DNA of 45,635 nucleotides, taken from positions 1 through 45,635 of the forward strand of contig JBAQHA010000523.1 of the NCBI GenBank assembly GCA_049288075.1, written 5' to 3'. This DNA comes from Oricola sp. (GTDB lineage: Bacteria; Pseudomonadota; Alphaproteobacteria; Rhizobiales; Rhizobiaceae). The notes beneath the pieces were generated by a model. That model did not search any database. It worked only from the letters and a program-made list of their open reading frames with translations, and was not told the DNA's origin. The position numbers and the translations under genes are program-made. Positions within the stretch are counted from its first letter, which is position 1. Each line of letters opens with the position of its first letter. Of the stretch, positions 1 through 8,049 are shown one piece after another.

Positions 1-1025
1 TCGCCGGAGGCGACAGAGGGGGGGAACCCCTCCGCCCTATGATCATTACCCCCCTCTGTCCGCGTTGCGGCCTGCAGGGTCGAGCCACGGGTCTCGACCC
101 GTCCTTCGGACCCCGCCGCAAGGGGGGAGAATGGATCGGAGCGGGGCTTCGGCCTCTGCGCGAGCAGGCGCAGCCACATGTACTGGGCGGTGTTGGTGTC
201 CTGGTACTCGTCGACGAGGATGTATTTGAATTTGGCGTGATACTCCGCCAGCACGTCCGGATTGTCGCGGAGGATGCGGATCGGATGGCAGAGGAGGTCG
301 CCGAAGTCGCAGGCGTTGAGCGTCTTCAACCGGTCCTGGTAGGCGGAAAAGAGTTCGCGGCCCTTTCCGTTCGCGAAGGCGCGGGCGTCGCCCTCGGGGA
401 TGTCCTTCGGGCCCCAGCCCTTGTTCTTCCAGCCGTCGATCATCTGCGCGAACTGGCGCGGCGGCCAGCGCTTGTCGTCGAGGCCCTCGGCCTGGATCAC
501 CTGCTTGATGAGGCGGATCTGGTCGTCGGTGTCGAGGATGGTGAAGTCGGACCTGAGGCCCGCCAGCTCGGCGTGGCGGCGCAGGATCTTCACCCCGATG
601 GAGTGGAAGGTGCCGAGCCAGGGCATGCCCTCGACCTGCTCGCCGACGAGGACGCCGATGCGCTCCTTCATCTCGCGGGCGGCCTTGTTGGTGAAGGTGA
701 CAGCGAGGATCTGCGACGGCCAGGCGAGGCCGAGCGACAATATGTGGGCGATGCGGGTGGTCAGGACGCGGGTCTTGCCGGTGCCGGCGCCGGCCAGAAC
801 GAGGACCGGGCCCTCGGTCGTCATAACCGCGCGGCGCTGCTCCTCGTTCAGGCCGTCGAGATAGGAGGGCGCGTGCTGCCGGCGGGCGGCCATGGCGCGC
901 GCGGCGATGCCGGACGGTGCTGGCGCAGGAGTCATCTGCCCCGGCTTTAAGCTCCTCGCATGGCTCGTCGCTGCCGGGGGCCCGGGCTCGTCGCCGAAGG
1001 GGATGTCGTCAAAAGGATCGCTCAT
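1..1025 (-). CDS. uvrD: UvrD/PcrA/Rep-family ATP-dependent DNA helicase, N-terminal part (continues past the left edge)
   Basis: Not in the ORF track; translated by hand from ATG at 1025: MSDPFDDIPF...LNEEQRRAV (Q motif), LAGAGTGKT (Walker A), VTFTNKAAREM, GTFHS, LVDEYQDTN (Walker B). The frame stays open to position 1. Confidence 0.95.
   Translation of the reverse strand, partial: MSDPFDDIPFGDEPGPPAATSHARSLKPGQMTPAPAPSGIAARAMAARRQHAPSYLDGLNEEQRRAVMTTEGPVLVLAGAGTGKTRVLTTRIAHILSLGLAWPSQILAVTFTNKAAREMKERIGVLVGEQVEGMPWLGTFHSIGVKILRRHAELAGLRSDFTILDTDDQIRLIKQVIQAEGLDDKRWPPRQFAQMIDGWKNKGWGPKDIPEGDARAFANGKGRELFSAYQDRLKTLNACDFGDLLCHPIRILRDNPDVLAEYHAKFKYILVDEYQDTNTAQYMWLRLLAQRPKPRSDPFSPLAAGSEGRVETRGSTLQAATRTEGGNDHRAEGFPPSVASG
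12..130. repeat. Palindromic repeat element embedded in the uvrD reading frame (probably extends past the left edge)
   Basis: Perfect 12-bp IR gacagagggggg (12-23)/cccccctctgtc (49-60). 8-bp IR gggtcgag (77-84)/ctcgaccc (93-100). IR ttgcgg (65-70)/ccgcaa (116-121), followed by ggggggaga. Confidence 0.7.
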
Positions 1026-1088
1026 TGACAGGGAATGTAGCGATTCGGGGCGGGATTGCCAGCAATCCCGGCGTTTATCCCGCCATAC

Positions 1089-1103
1089 GATCCCGAAATG
1101 TTC
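1089..1103 (-). promoter_or_regulatory. Putative LexA (SOS) box upstream of uvrD
   Basis: Minus strand GAAC-atttcgg-GATC, one mismatch to the alphaproteobacterial GAAC-N7-GAAC consensus, 64 nt upstream of the uvrD start. Confidence 0.5.
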
Positions 1104-1177
1104 CGGTACTCCGCCGCGAGCCGCGGCGCTCCGGAGATTTGCTCGAAGGAGCGCGCGAGCCGTGTTATGGGCGGAGC

Positions 1178-2239
1178 ATGAATCGCGCTTTCCTGTCGAC
1201 GGCGGCCGTGGCCGTCCTCATCGCCGGCCTCTACGGGTGCACGGGCGTCTCCTATTACGCGCAGTCCGTCGGCGGCCATATCGGGATGATGTCGGCCCGC
1301 CAGAAGGTCGAAAAGCTCATCGACGATGCTTCGGAGCCGCTCGCATTGCGCGCAGAGCTGGAACGCGCGAGCAGCATCCGCCAGTACGCGACGGACGAAC
1401 TCGCGCTGCCGGACAACAACAGCTATCGCGTCTATGTCGATACCCGCCGGGATTTCGTGACATGGGCCGTATTCGCCGCGCCCGAGTTCTCGCTGAACGC
1501 ACGCATCTGGTGTTTTCCGCTCTACGGATGCGTGCCCTATCGGGGCTATTTTTCCCGGGAGGCGGCAGCCGCGTTCGCCGATCAGATGCGGCGGCAGGGC
1601 CTGGACGTCCATGTCTCGGGCATCACCGCATATTCGACGCTCGGACTGTTCAGCGATCCGCTGCTCAACACCATGCTCGGCCGGGATGAAACCCATCTCG
1701 CCGGACTGATGTTTCATGAACTGGCCCACCAGCGCTTCTACGTGCGTGACGACACCGCATTCAACGAGGCCTACGCCGTCGCCGTCGAGACGACCGGCGT
1801 GAAGAAGTGGCTGGCGGAGAGGTCCGATCCCGCCGCAACGGAGCGTTACGAAGCCGGCCGGAAGCGCGAGGCCGATTTTCTGGCGCTCGTGGCCGAAGCG
1901 CGAAACGAATTGAAGGCTGTCTACGGCGGTTCCGGCGGCGAAGAGCAAAAGCGGGCGGAGAAAGCCGCCGTCATTGAAAACCTGCGCTTGCGGTATCGGC
2001 GCGTGAGGGACGGTCGCTGGGGCGGCTACGCTGGATACGATGCCTGGTTCGATGCTCCGATCAACAACGCGAAGCTCGCGACAATCGCATTCTACAACGA
2101 TCTGGCGCCGGCGTTCGTGCAACTGCTCGAAACCTGTTCGCGCGACTATCCGGCATTCCATGCGGCCGTCGAGCGCCTCGGCGCGCTGGACAGGGACGAG
2201 CGCCACGAAGCCCTGAAGTCGGCGAACAAGTGCAATTGA
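1178..2239 (+). CDS. Putative zinc aminopeptidase (gluzincin-like), predicted lipoprotein
   Basis: HELAH motif followed by FNEA. N-terminal hydrophobic stretch ending LYGC (lipobox-like). ATG at 1178 chosen because the signal peptide begins there. Confidence 0.85.
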   Translation: MNRAFLSTAAVAVLIAGLYGCTGVSYYAQSVGGHIGMMSARQKVEKLIDDASEPLALRAELERASSIRQYATDELALPDNNSYRVYVDTRRDFVTWAVFAAPEFSLNARIWCFPLYGCVPYRGYFSREAAAAFADQMRRQGLDVHVSGITAYSTLGLFSDPLLNTMLGRDETHLAGLMFHELAHQRFYVRDDTAFNEAYAVAVETTGVKKWLAERSDPAATERYEAGRKREADFLALVAEARNELKAVYGGSGGEEQKRAEKAAVIENLRLRYRRVRDGRWGGYAGYDAWFDAPINNAKLATIAFYNDLAPAFVQLLETCSRDYPAFHAAVERLGALDRDERHEALKSANKCN

Positions 2240-2371
2240 CCGGATGGCGCGGGACCCGCCGGCCGCAACATTTTTATCCGGTTGCCGCCGCGTGACGAAA
2301 GACGATAATGGCGCGCGGTCCGCCGGGAGGCCAGGGCGGGCGCGCAGGACATCATCGCAGGGAGGAACTCG

Positions 2372-4024
2372 ATGGAAGGCACGATCTATGGCGAGGGGCT
2401 GGAGCGCAACGCGGCCAACTACCAGCCGCTGACGCCGCTGAAGCACCTGCAACGCGCGGCCGCGGTGTTTCCCGATCACATCGCCATCGTGCACGGGTCG
2501 CTGCAGCGCACCTATCGCGATTTCTACGCCCGTTCGCGCAAGCTGGCGTCGGCGCTGCAAAATGCCGGCATCGAGCGCGGCGAGACGGTGGCCGTGATGC
2601 TGTCGAACACGCCGGCGATGCTGGAAGCCCATCACGGCGTACCGATGGCGGAGGCGATCCTGCTGTCGCTCAACACCCGGCTCGACGCCGACATCATCGC
2701 GTTCCAGCTCGACCATGGCGAGGCGAAAATCGTCATCGTCGACCGCGAGTTCTCGGGCGTGATGAAGGCGGCGTTGCAGCGGGCGGAGGCCAATCCGCTG
2801 GTCATCAACTACGACGACCCGGACTATCCCGACGACGCGCCGTTCCCGAAGGGCGAGATGATCGGAGACCTCGAATACGAGGACTTCATCGCCAAGGGCG
2901 ACCCGGACTTCGAATGGAAGATGCCGGCCGACGAATGGGACGCGATCTCGCTCAACTACACGTCGGGTACGACGGGCAATCCGAAGGGCGTCGTCTATCA
3001 CCATCGCGGCGCGGCATTGATGGGCTATGCCAACGTGATCGCCTCGGGCATGGGCAAGCACCCGGTCTATCTGTGGACGCTGCCGATGTTCCACTGCAAC
3101 GGCTGGTGCTTCCCGTGGACGCTGGCCGTGCAGGCGGGCACGCATGTCTGCCTGCGCTGGGTGCGCGCCGGGGCGATGTACGACGCCATCGCCGACTATG
3201 GGGTGACGCACTTGTGCGGCGCGCCGATCGTGATGTCGGCGCTGCTCAACGCGCCAGAGGAGCAGAAGCGTGATTTTCCGCAGACGGTGACCTTCAACAC
3301 GGCCGCCGCGCCGCCGCCGGAAAGCGTGCTGGCCGGCATGGCGGAGGCGGGCTTCGAGGTGACGCATCTCTACGGGCTGACGGAAACCTACGGGCCGGCC
3401 GTGGTCAACGAGTGGCACGCCGAATGGACGCTGCTCGACGGGCCGCAAAAGGCCGCGCGGAAGGCGCGCCAGGGCGTGCGCTACACGGCGCTGGAAGACG
3501 TGACAGTGATGGACCCGGAAACGATGGAAAAGGTGCCGGCCGACGGCGAGACGATGGGCGAGGTGATGTTCCGCGGCAATATCGTCATGAAGGGGTACCT
3601 GAAGAACCCGTCGGCCACAGACGAGGCATTCGCGGGCGGCTGGTTCCACTCGGGCGATCTCGGCGTCATGCACGAGGACGGCTATATCCAGCTCAAGGAC
3701 CGCTCGAAGGACATCATCATTTCCGGCGGCGAGAACATCTCGTCGATCGAGGTTGAAGACGCGATCTACAAGCACCCGGCGGTGGCCGCGGTGGCCGTGG
3801 TGGCGCGTCCCGACGAGAAATGGGGCGAGAGCCCTTGCGCCTTCATCGAACTGAAGCCGGGCAGGCAGGCATCAGCCGAGGAGATCATCGCGCATTGCCG
3901 CAACCTGATCGCGCATTACAAATGCCCGCGCCACGTGGTGTTCACCGAACTGCCGAAGACCTCGACCGGGAAGATCCAGAAATATGTGCTCAGGGAGCAC
4001 GCGAAGGGGGTTCAGGGCGGGTGA
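2372..4024 (+). CDS. AMP-dependent acyl-CoA synthetase/ligase
   Basis: YTSGTTGNPKG, YGLTE, GWFHSGD and LPKTSTGKIQK adenylation motifs; GGAGG RBS upstream. Confidence 0.93.
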   Translation: MEGTIYGEGLERNAANYQPLTPLKHLQRAAAVFPDHIAIVHGSLQRTYRDFYARSRKLASALQNAGIERGETVAVMLSNTPAMLEAHHGVPMAEAILLSLNTRLDADIIAFQLDHGEAKIVIVDREFSGVMKAALQRAEANPLVINYDDPDYPDDAPFPKGEMIGDLEYEDFIAKGDPDFEWKMPADEWDAISLNYTSGTTGNPKGVVYHHRGAALMGYANVIASGMGKHPVYLWTLPMFHCNGWCFPWTLAVQAGTHVCLRWVRAGAMYDAIADYGVTHLCGAPIVMSALLNAPEEQKRDFPQTVTFNTAAAPPPESVLAGMAEAGFEVTHLYGLTETYGPAVVNEWHAEWTLLDGPQKAARKARQGVRYTALEDVTVMDPETMEKVPADGETMGEVMFRGNIVMKGYLKNPSATDEAFAGGWFHSGDLGVMHEDGYIQLKDRSKDIIISGGENISSIEVEDAIYKHPAVAAVAVVARPDEKWGESPCAFIELKPGRQASAEEIIAHCRNLIAHYKCPRHVVFTELPKTSTGKIQKYVLREHAKGVQGG

Positions 4025-4292
4025 GGGAACCGGACGGACCCGAGCCGAAACGGGGGCCGTCACTGCTTATCAACAGCAGCGTGACGATACACACAGGATT
4101 CTGACGCGCGACGGATTTGTCCGTTGAACCGGGGATTTACGTCGCGTAATAGATACTTACGGTGCAGTGCACTCATGCGGCGCACCGCGCTCCGTTCCTT
4201 TGGGAAGGGGCAGGTGCAAATGTGCCGTTATCGGATCAGGCCCGGCGGTTCTGGGCTAGGGTTGGAATACCGCCGGGCCTGCCGTTCTATGG

Positions 4293-4316
4293 TTAGAACT
4301 TTATTAAAATATTAAC
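4293..4316. promoter_or_regulatory. AT-rich element with two overlapping CtrA-like boxes
   Basis: TTAG-N7-TTAA (4293-4307) and TTAT-N7-TTAAC (4301-4316), each one mismatch from TTAA-N7-TTAA. Confidence 0.4.
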
Positions 4317-4540
4317 TAACCGTACGTAACTCAAGCGAAAGCGCTAATCTAGGTTAATGCGCGGCCCCTGCGCGGGGTCATCCCTTCGGCGGAGGCCGTC
4401 GGTTTCGGCTCGCTGGCGTAATCCTTTTGGCGTTGCCGACCGCTGTTTCCGGGCGACGTTCCGGAGCTGACCGGCGCGGCGAAAGGCGGAACGGGTGTCC
4501 TGGCGGGCATGGGTATTTGAAAGCCGAGCAGGGGAGTAGA

Positions 4541-4813
4541 ATGTCCATACACACAGACGAACTCTCCTATCTCAGCGACAAGGAGTTGCTGGAACGGCTC
4601 AAAGGTGTCCGGGCCGGTTCCTCGAATTCCCATGCGATCAAGGTGGAGCTGGAGCGGCGCGCACTGATATCGCAACTCAGCGCGTCGAAGGCACAAAAAC
4701 GAGCCGCCGAAGCCGCGATGGAAGCCGCAGTGTGGACCAGGCGTTCAGCTGTCATCATGACGATTTCGGTCGTTGCATTGGTGATCGTGACAACGATCGG
4801 CCTGTTCAGATAA
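4541..4813 (+). CDS. Small hypothetical protein with a C-terminal transmembrane helix
   Basis: GGGGAG RBS before ATG at 4541; 90 aa; helical Ala-rich middle; hydrophobic tail AVIMTISVVALVIVTTIGLFR. Confidence 0.65.
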   Translation: MSIHTDELSYLSDKELLERLKGVRAGSSNSHAIKVELERRALISQLSASKAQKRAAEAAMEAAVWTRRSAVIMTISVVALVIVTTIGLFR

Positions 4814-4891
4814 TCCCGGATCACGCCGGTTTGCCAAGCCGGCGAAAGGCGCATATCGGTGAGGCGGGCCGGCCATCACGGGAGCGTCTAC

Positions 4892-5314
4892 ATGAGCGGC
4901 AAGCACGCAGGATCCTGCCTTTGCGGCGCGGTCAGGTTCGAGATTTCCGGAGACTTCGACAAGTTTTTCCTGTGCCATTGCAGCCGGTGCCGGAAATTCA
5001 GCGGGACGGCACATGCGTCCAACCTTTTCTCATCGGACGCGCAGATCACCTGGCTTTCGGGCAAGGACAAGGTCAAGCCCTTCGAGGTGCCTGGTACCCG
5101 GTTCAGCAAGAACTTCTGCTCGGAATGCGGCTCGCCGCTGCCGCGCCAGCGCGGCGACGGTGCGATCGTCCCGGCCGGCTGCCTCGATACTCCTGTCGAC
5201 ATCGAGCCCAATGCGCATATCTTCTTCGCGGACAGGGCGAACTGGGACGAGCATCTGGAAGAGGTGGAGACGTTCGATCAGCGACCGGGCGCGAGTCCGC
5301 CTTCGAAGGTGTAA
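4892..5314 (+). CDS. GFA/CENP-V (Mss4-like) zinc-binding protein
   Basis: GSCLCGAV, CHCSRC and FCSECGS cysteine pattern; GGGAG RBS. Confidence 0.9.
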   Translation: MSGKHAGSCLCGAVRFEISGDFDKFFLCHCSRCRKFSGTAHASNLFSSDAQITWLSGKDKVKPFEVPGTRFSKNFCSECGSPLPRQRGDGAIVPAGCLDTPVDIEPNAHIFFADRANWDEHLEEVETFDQRPGASPPSKV

Positions 5315-5374
5315 GGACGCGGAGGCGGGCGGGCAAGGCCGTCCGCAAGCCTCACCCGCCGCGATCTTCCCGGT

Positions 5375-7300
5375 TCAGCCCCTTTTCACCATGAAGCCAT
5401 CGAAAAAGGCCGCAAGTTCGGCGTGGGCGTCGAGCGGCAGGACGTGGGCGATGTACTGGTCGGGGCGGACGACGACGATGCAGCCCTTCTCCCGGTCGAT
5501 GCCGCGCATGGCGAAGATGTCGTTGCCGCCCTTGATGTCGGAGCAGAACATCTTCTCGTAGTCGGTCAGGCCGTATTTGCCCTTCCTTGGCAGCAGGAGG
5601 CCAGGCATCTCCTCGATCCTCAGATCGCGGAAATTCTGCTGGAACACCGCTCGTACGTCGATCACCGCGTCGATGTCGGCGCCTGCCGGCGTGTATCGCC
5701 TGACCGGCGAGTCCGGTGACGTCTCGAGGAAGTCGCAGAGCGCCCGAATGCCGGAATTCGGCGCGGCCGGATCCTCCGCGCCGGAAAAGGCGAAGAGGCG
5801 CCAGCGGCCGTCGGCCTTGACCGTGTGCCCCAGATGCACCGGCTTGGCGTCGCCGAGGCAAATCACCGGGGCCGAATGGAACCGCATACCGACCTTCAGG
5901 CCGTCGGCGAGATGCTGGTGCGTGCTTTCGCCGGTCAGTACCGAGGGCTTGTAGACTGTCGCCGTGCCGGCCGTGTAGCGGCCGTGCCGGACGAAATAGT
6001 CCTGCACTTCGGCGGGATCGACGCCGTCCGGGTTCTCCGGCGATTTCAGCGGCTTCGAAAGCATGGTCGCCCATTCCTTGTCGAAGTCGATCAGGTTCTG
6101 CGCGAGCGCCTTGCGCTCGGCCGAATAGGTGTGCAGCAGTTCCGGCCCGCTCATACCCCGGAGGACATGGGCGAGTTTCCAGCCGAGATTGAACGTGTCC
6201 TGCATGGAGACGTTCATGCCCTGCCCGGCCTTCGGGCTGTGGGTGTGGCAGGCGTCGCCGGCGATAAAGACATGCGGCAGCCGCGTCGCGACTTCGGCCT
6301 CCGGCACGTCGTCGAACTTGTCCGTAATGCGATGGCCGATCTCGTAGACCGACCACCAGGCAACCTCCTTCACGTCGAGCGTGTGGGGATGGAGGATGCG
6401 CCGCGCCGCCGCGATCAGATAGTCGGCGGTGATGTTGCGGGTCGCGACGCGCTCGTCCTCGGCAAGCTTGTCGAGTTCGACATACATGCGGAACAGGTAG
6501 CCGCCCTCGCGCGGGATGATCAGGCCGCTGCCCTGGCTGGTGGACTGCAGCAGGCACTTCATCCGGACATCCGGGAAATCGGTGACGGCGAGAATGTCCA
6601 TCACGCCCCAGGCCTGGTTGAGCGCGTCGCCCTTCAATACGCGGCCGAGCGACTGGCGCACCGCGCTGCGCGCGCCGTCGCAGCCGACGACATAGCGCGC
6701 CCTGACGGTTTCCACCTGGCCGGCGTGGGCCGCATCGGTCCGCTCGATCCGGACGGTGACCGGATAGTCCGCGGCGGATCGGTCGATGGCGAGATCGATC
6801 ATGCGGCGCGAATAGTCGACCTCGAGCCTGCGCGGCGAATTGCGCATGACGTCGAGGTAGAAATCGTGCACGCGCGCCTGGTTGAGGACGACATGCGGGA
6901 ATTCCGACAGACCGTCCTCGACATCCTGCACCCGGCCGTGGCGGCGGATGTTGTCCGGCTTCTCCTCGTCCGGCCGCCAGAAGGTCGTCTCGCTGACCCA
7001 GCAGGCTTCCTTGAGCAGTTTCTCGGCGAAGCCGAAAGCGTTGAACATCTCCACCGTGCGGCAGGCGACGCCGTCGGCCTTGCCGAGTTCGAGCGGGCCG
7101 TCCACCTGCTCGATGATGCGGGTGTCGATGTCGCCGAAGGCGGAAAGCTGCGCCGCCAGCGTCAGGCCCGCCGGACCGGAGCCGACGATCAGGACATCGA
7201 CTTCCGCCGGGAGACCGTCCGGCTGCGGCGTGATCACGCCCTCCGCCGGCGCCGAAATCTCGGGATTGCCGGCCCGAAAGCCGTTGAGATGAAATTGCAT
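5375..7300 (-). CDS. mobA: FAD-dependent phenol-hydroxylase-family monooxygenase, 3-hydroxybenzoate 4-monooxygenase-like
   Basis: MQFHLNGFRAGNP start; GSGPAG, GCDGARS and GDACHTHSPKAGQGMN motifs; C-terminal thioredoxin-like domain with VVVRPDQY; divergent MarR gene. Confidence 0.85.
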   Translation of the reverse strand: MQFHLNGFRAGNPEISAPAEGVITPQPDGLPAEVDVLIVGSGPAGLTLAAQLSAFGDIDTRIIEQVDGPLELGKADGVACRTVEMFNAFGFAEKLLKEACWVSETTFWRPDEEKPDNIRRHGRVQDVEDGLSEFPHVVLNQARVHDFYLDVMRNSPRRLEVDYSRRMIDLAIDRSAADYPVTVRIERTDAAHAGQVETVRARYVVGCDGARSAVRQSLGRVLKGDALNQAWGVMDILAVTDFPDVRMKCLLQSTSQGSGLIIPREGGYLFRMYVELDKLAEDERVATRNITADYLIAAARRILHPHTLDVKEVAWWSVYEIGHRITDKFDDVPEAEVATRLPHVFIAGDACHTHSPKAGQGMNVSMQDTFNLGWKLAHVLRGMSGPELLHTYSAERKALAQNLIDFDKEWATMLSKPLKSPENPDGVDPAEVQDYFVRHGRYTAGTATVYKPSVLTGESTHQHLADGLKVGMRFHSAPVICLGDAKPVHLGHTVKADGRWRLFAFSGAEDPAAPNSGIRALCDFLETSPDSPVRRYTPAGADIDAVIDVRAVFQQNFRDLRIEEMPGLLLPRKGKYGLTDYEKMFCSDIKGGNDIFAMRGIDREKGCIVVVRPDQYIAHVLPLDAHAELAAFFDGFMVKRG

Positions 7301-7383
7301 GGTTCCTCCGCGCGTTCGTTATGGGCTTCCGGCCCGGCCCTGTTATGGATGGGAAGAGACCGCCATTTGGCAGTCACGATTTT

Positions 7384-7410
7384 TATCAGTATGCTGAATA
7401 TCAGTATACT
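7384..7410. promoter_or_regulatory. Putative MarR (MobR) operator in the divergent intergenic region
   Basis: Two copies of TATCAGTAT(G/A)CT at 7384-7395 and 7399-7410. The first forms the dyad TCAG-tatg-CTGA (7386-7397). Confidence 0.6.
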
Positions 7411-7441
7411 TGTCAAATTGAGACGGAACCCGGAGGACAGG

Positions 7442-7918
7442 GTGGCAGACAACAACGAAATGCCGGGGCACCTGGTGCGACGGTTCCAGCAGGCCGCGGT
7501 GGCGATCTTCCATGTCGAGGTCGGGGAGACCGGCCACGATGTCACGCCGGTGCAATATGCGGCGCTCTCGGCGATCCGGGCCAATCCGGGAATCGACCAG
7601 GTGACGCTTGCCGGGCTGATCGCCTATGACCGCACGACCATCACCGGGGTGGTGGAGCGGCTGGCGCAGAAGGGCTTCCTGACGCGCAATCCGAGCAAGA
7701 CCGACCGGCGCGCCCGCGCGCTGCGCCTTACCGACGAGGGAATGGAAGTCCTCGCGAGGATCGAGCCGGCCGTGGAGGAAGCGCAGCGGATCATGCTGCG
7801 CGGCTTGGACGAAGGGGAAGCCAAGGAATTCATGAAGCTGCTGCGCAAGGCGCTGGACGCCGTCAACGACCTGAGCCGGGCGCCGCTGCGAGCGGGATCG
7901 GCGGACGGGGGCGAATAG
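7442..7918 (+). CDS. MarR-family transcriptional regulator (MobR-like)
   Basis: GTG at 7442 after GGAGG; PGHLVRR, TPVQYAAL, DRTTITGVVERL and DRRA winged-helix pattern. Confidence 0.9.
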   Translation: MADNNEMPGHLVRRFQQAAVAIFHVEVGETGHDVTPVQYAALSAIRANPGIDQVTLAGLIAYDRTTITGVVERLAQKGFLTRNPSKTDRRARALRLTDEGMEVLARIEPAVEEAQRIMLRGLDEGEAKEFMKLLRKALDAVNDLSRAPLRAGSADGGE

Positions 7919-8049
7919 GCAGGGGAGATGGCGAAGGGGGAGGGGCATGCCCGCGCGTTCACAGTCGAATGGAAACGGCGAACCTGTCAAAGTTCCGGCC
8001 TATCGCGCCTCTGTTCGGTGAGCTGGCATCCACTCGGCCCGGAAACGCT

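Noticed and set aside
39..950. 303-aa plus-strand ORF
   Set aside because: Antisense shadow of uvrD, which carries all the helicase motifs on the minus strand.
1022..3775. 917-aa minus-strand ORF
   Set aside because: Antisense to two well-supported genes; Arg/His-rich with no motifs; typical high-GC shadow frame.
5825..7441. Long N-terminal extension of the MarR ORF (697 aa in the track)
   Set aside because: Overlaps the monooxygenase antisense; the real start is GTG at 7442 with an RBS.
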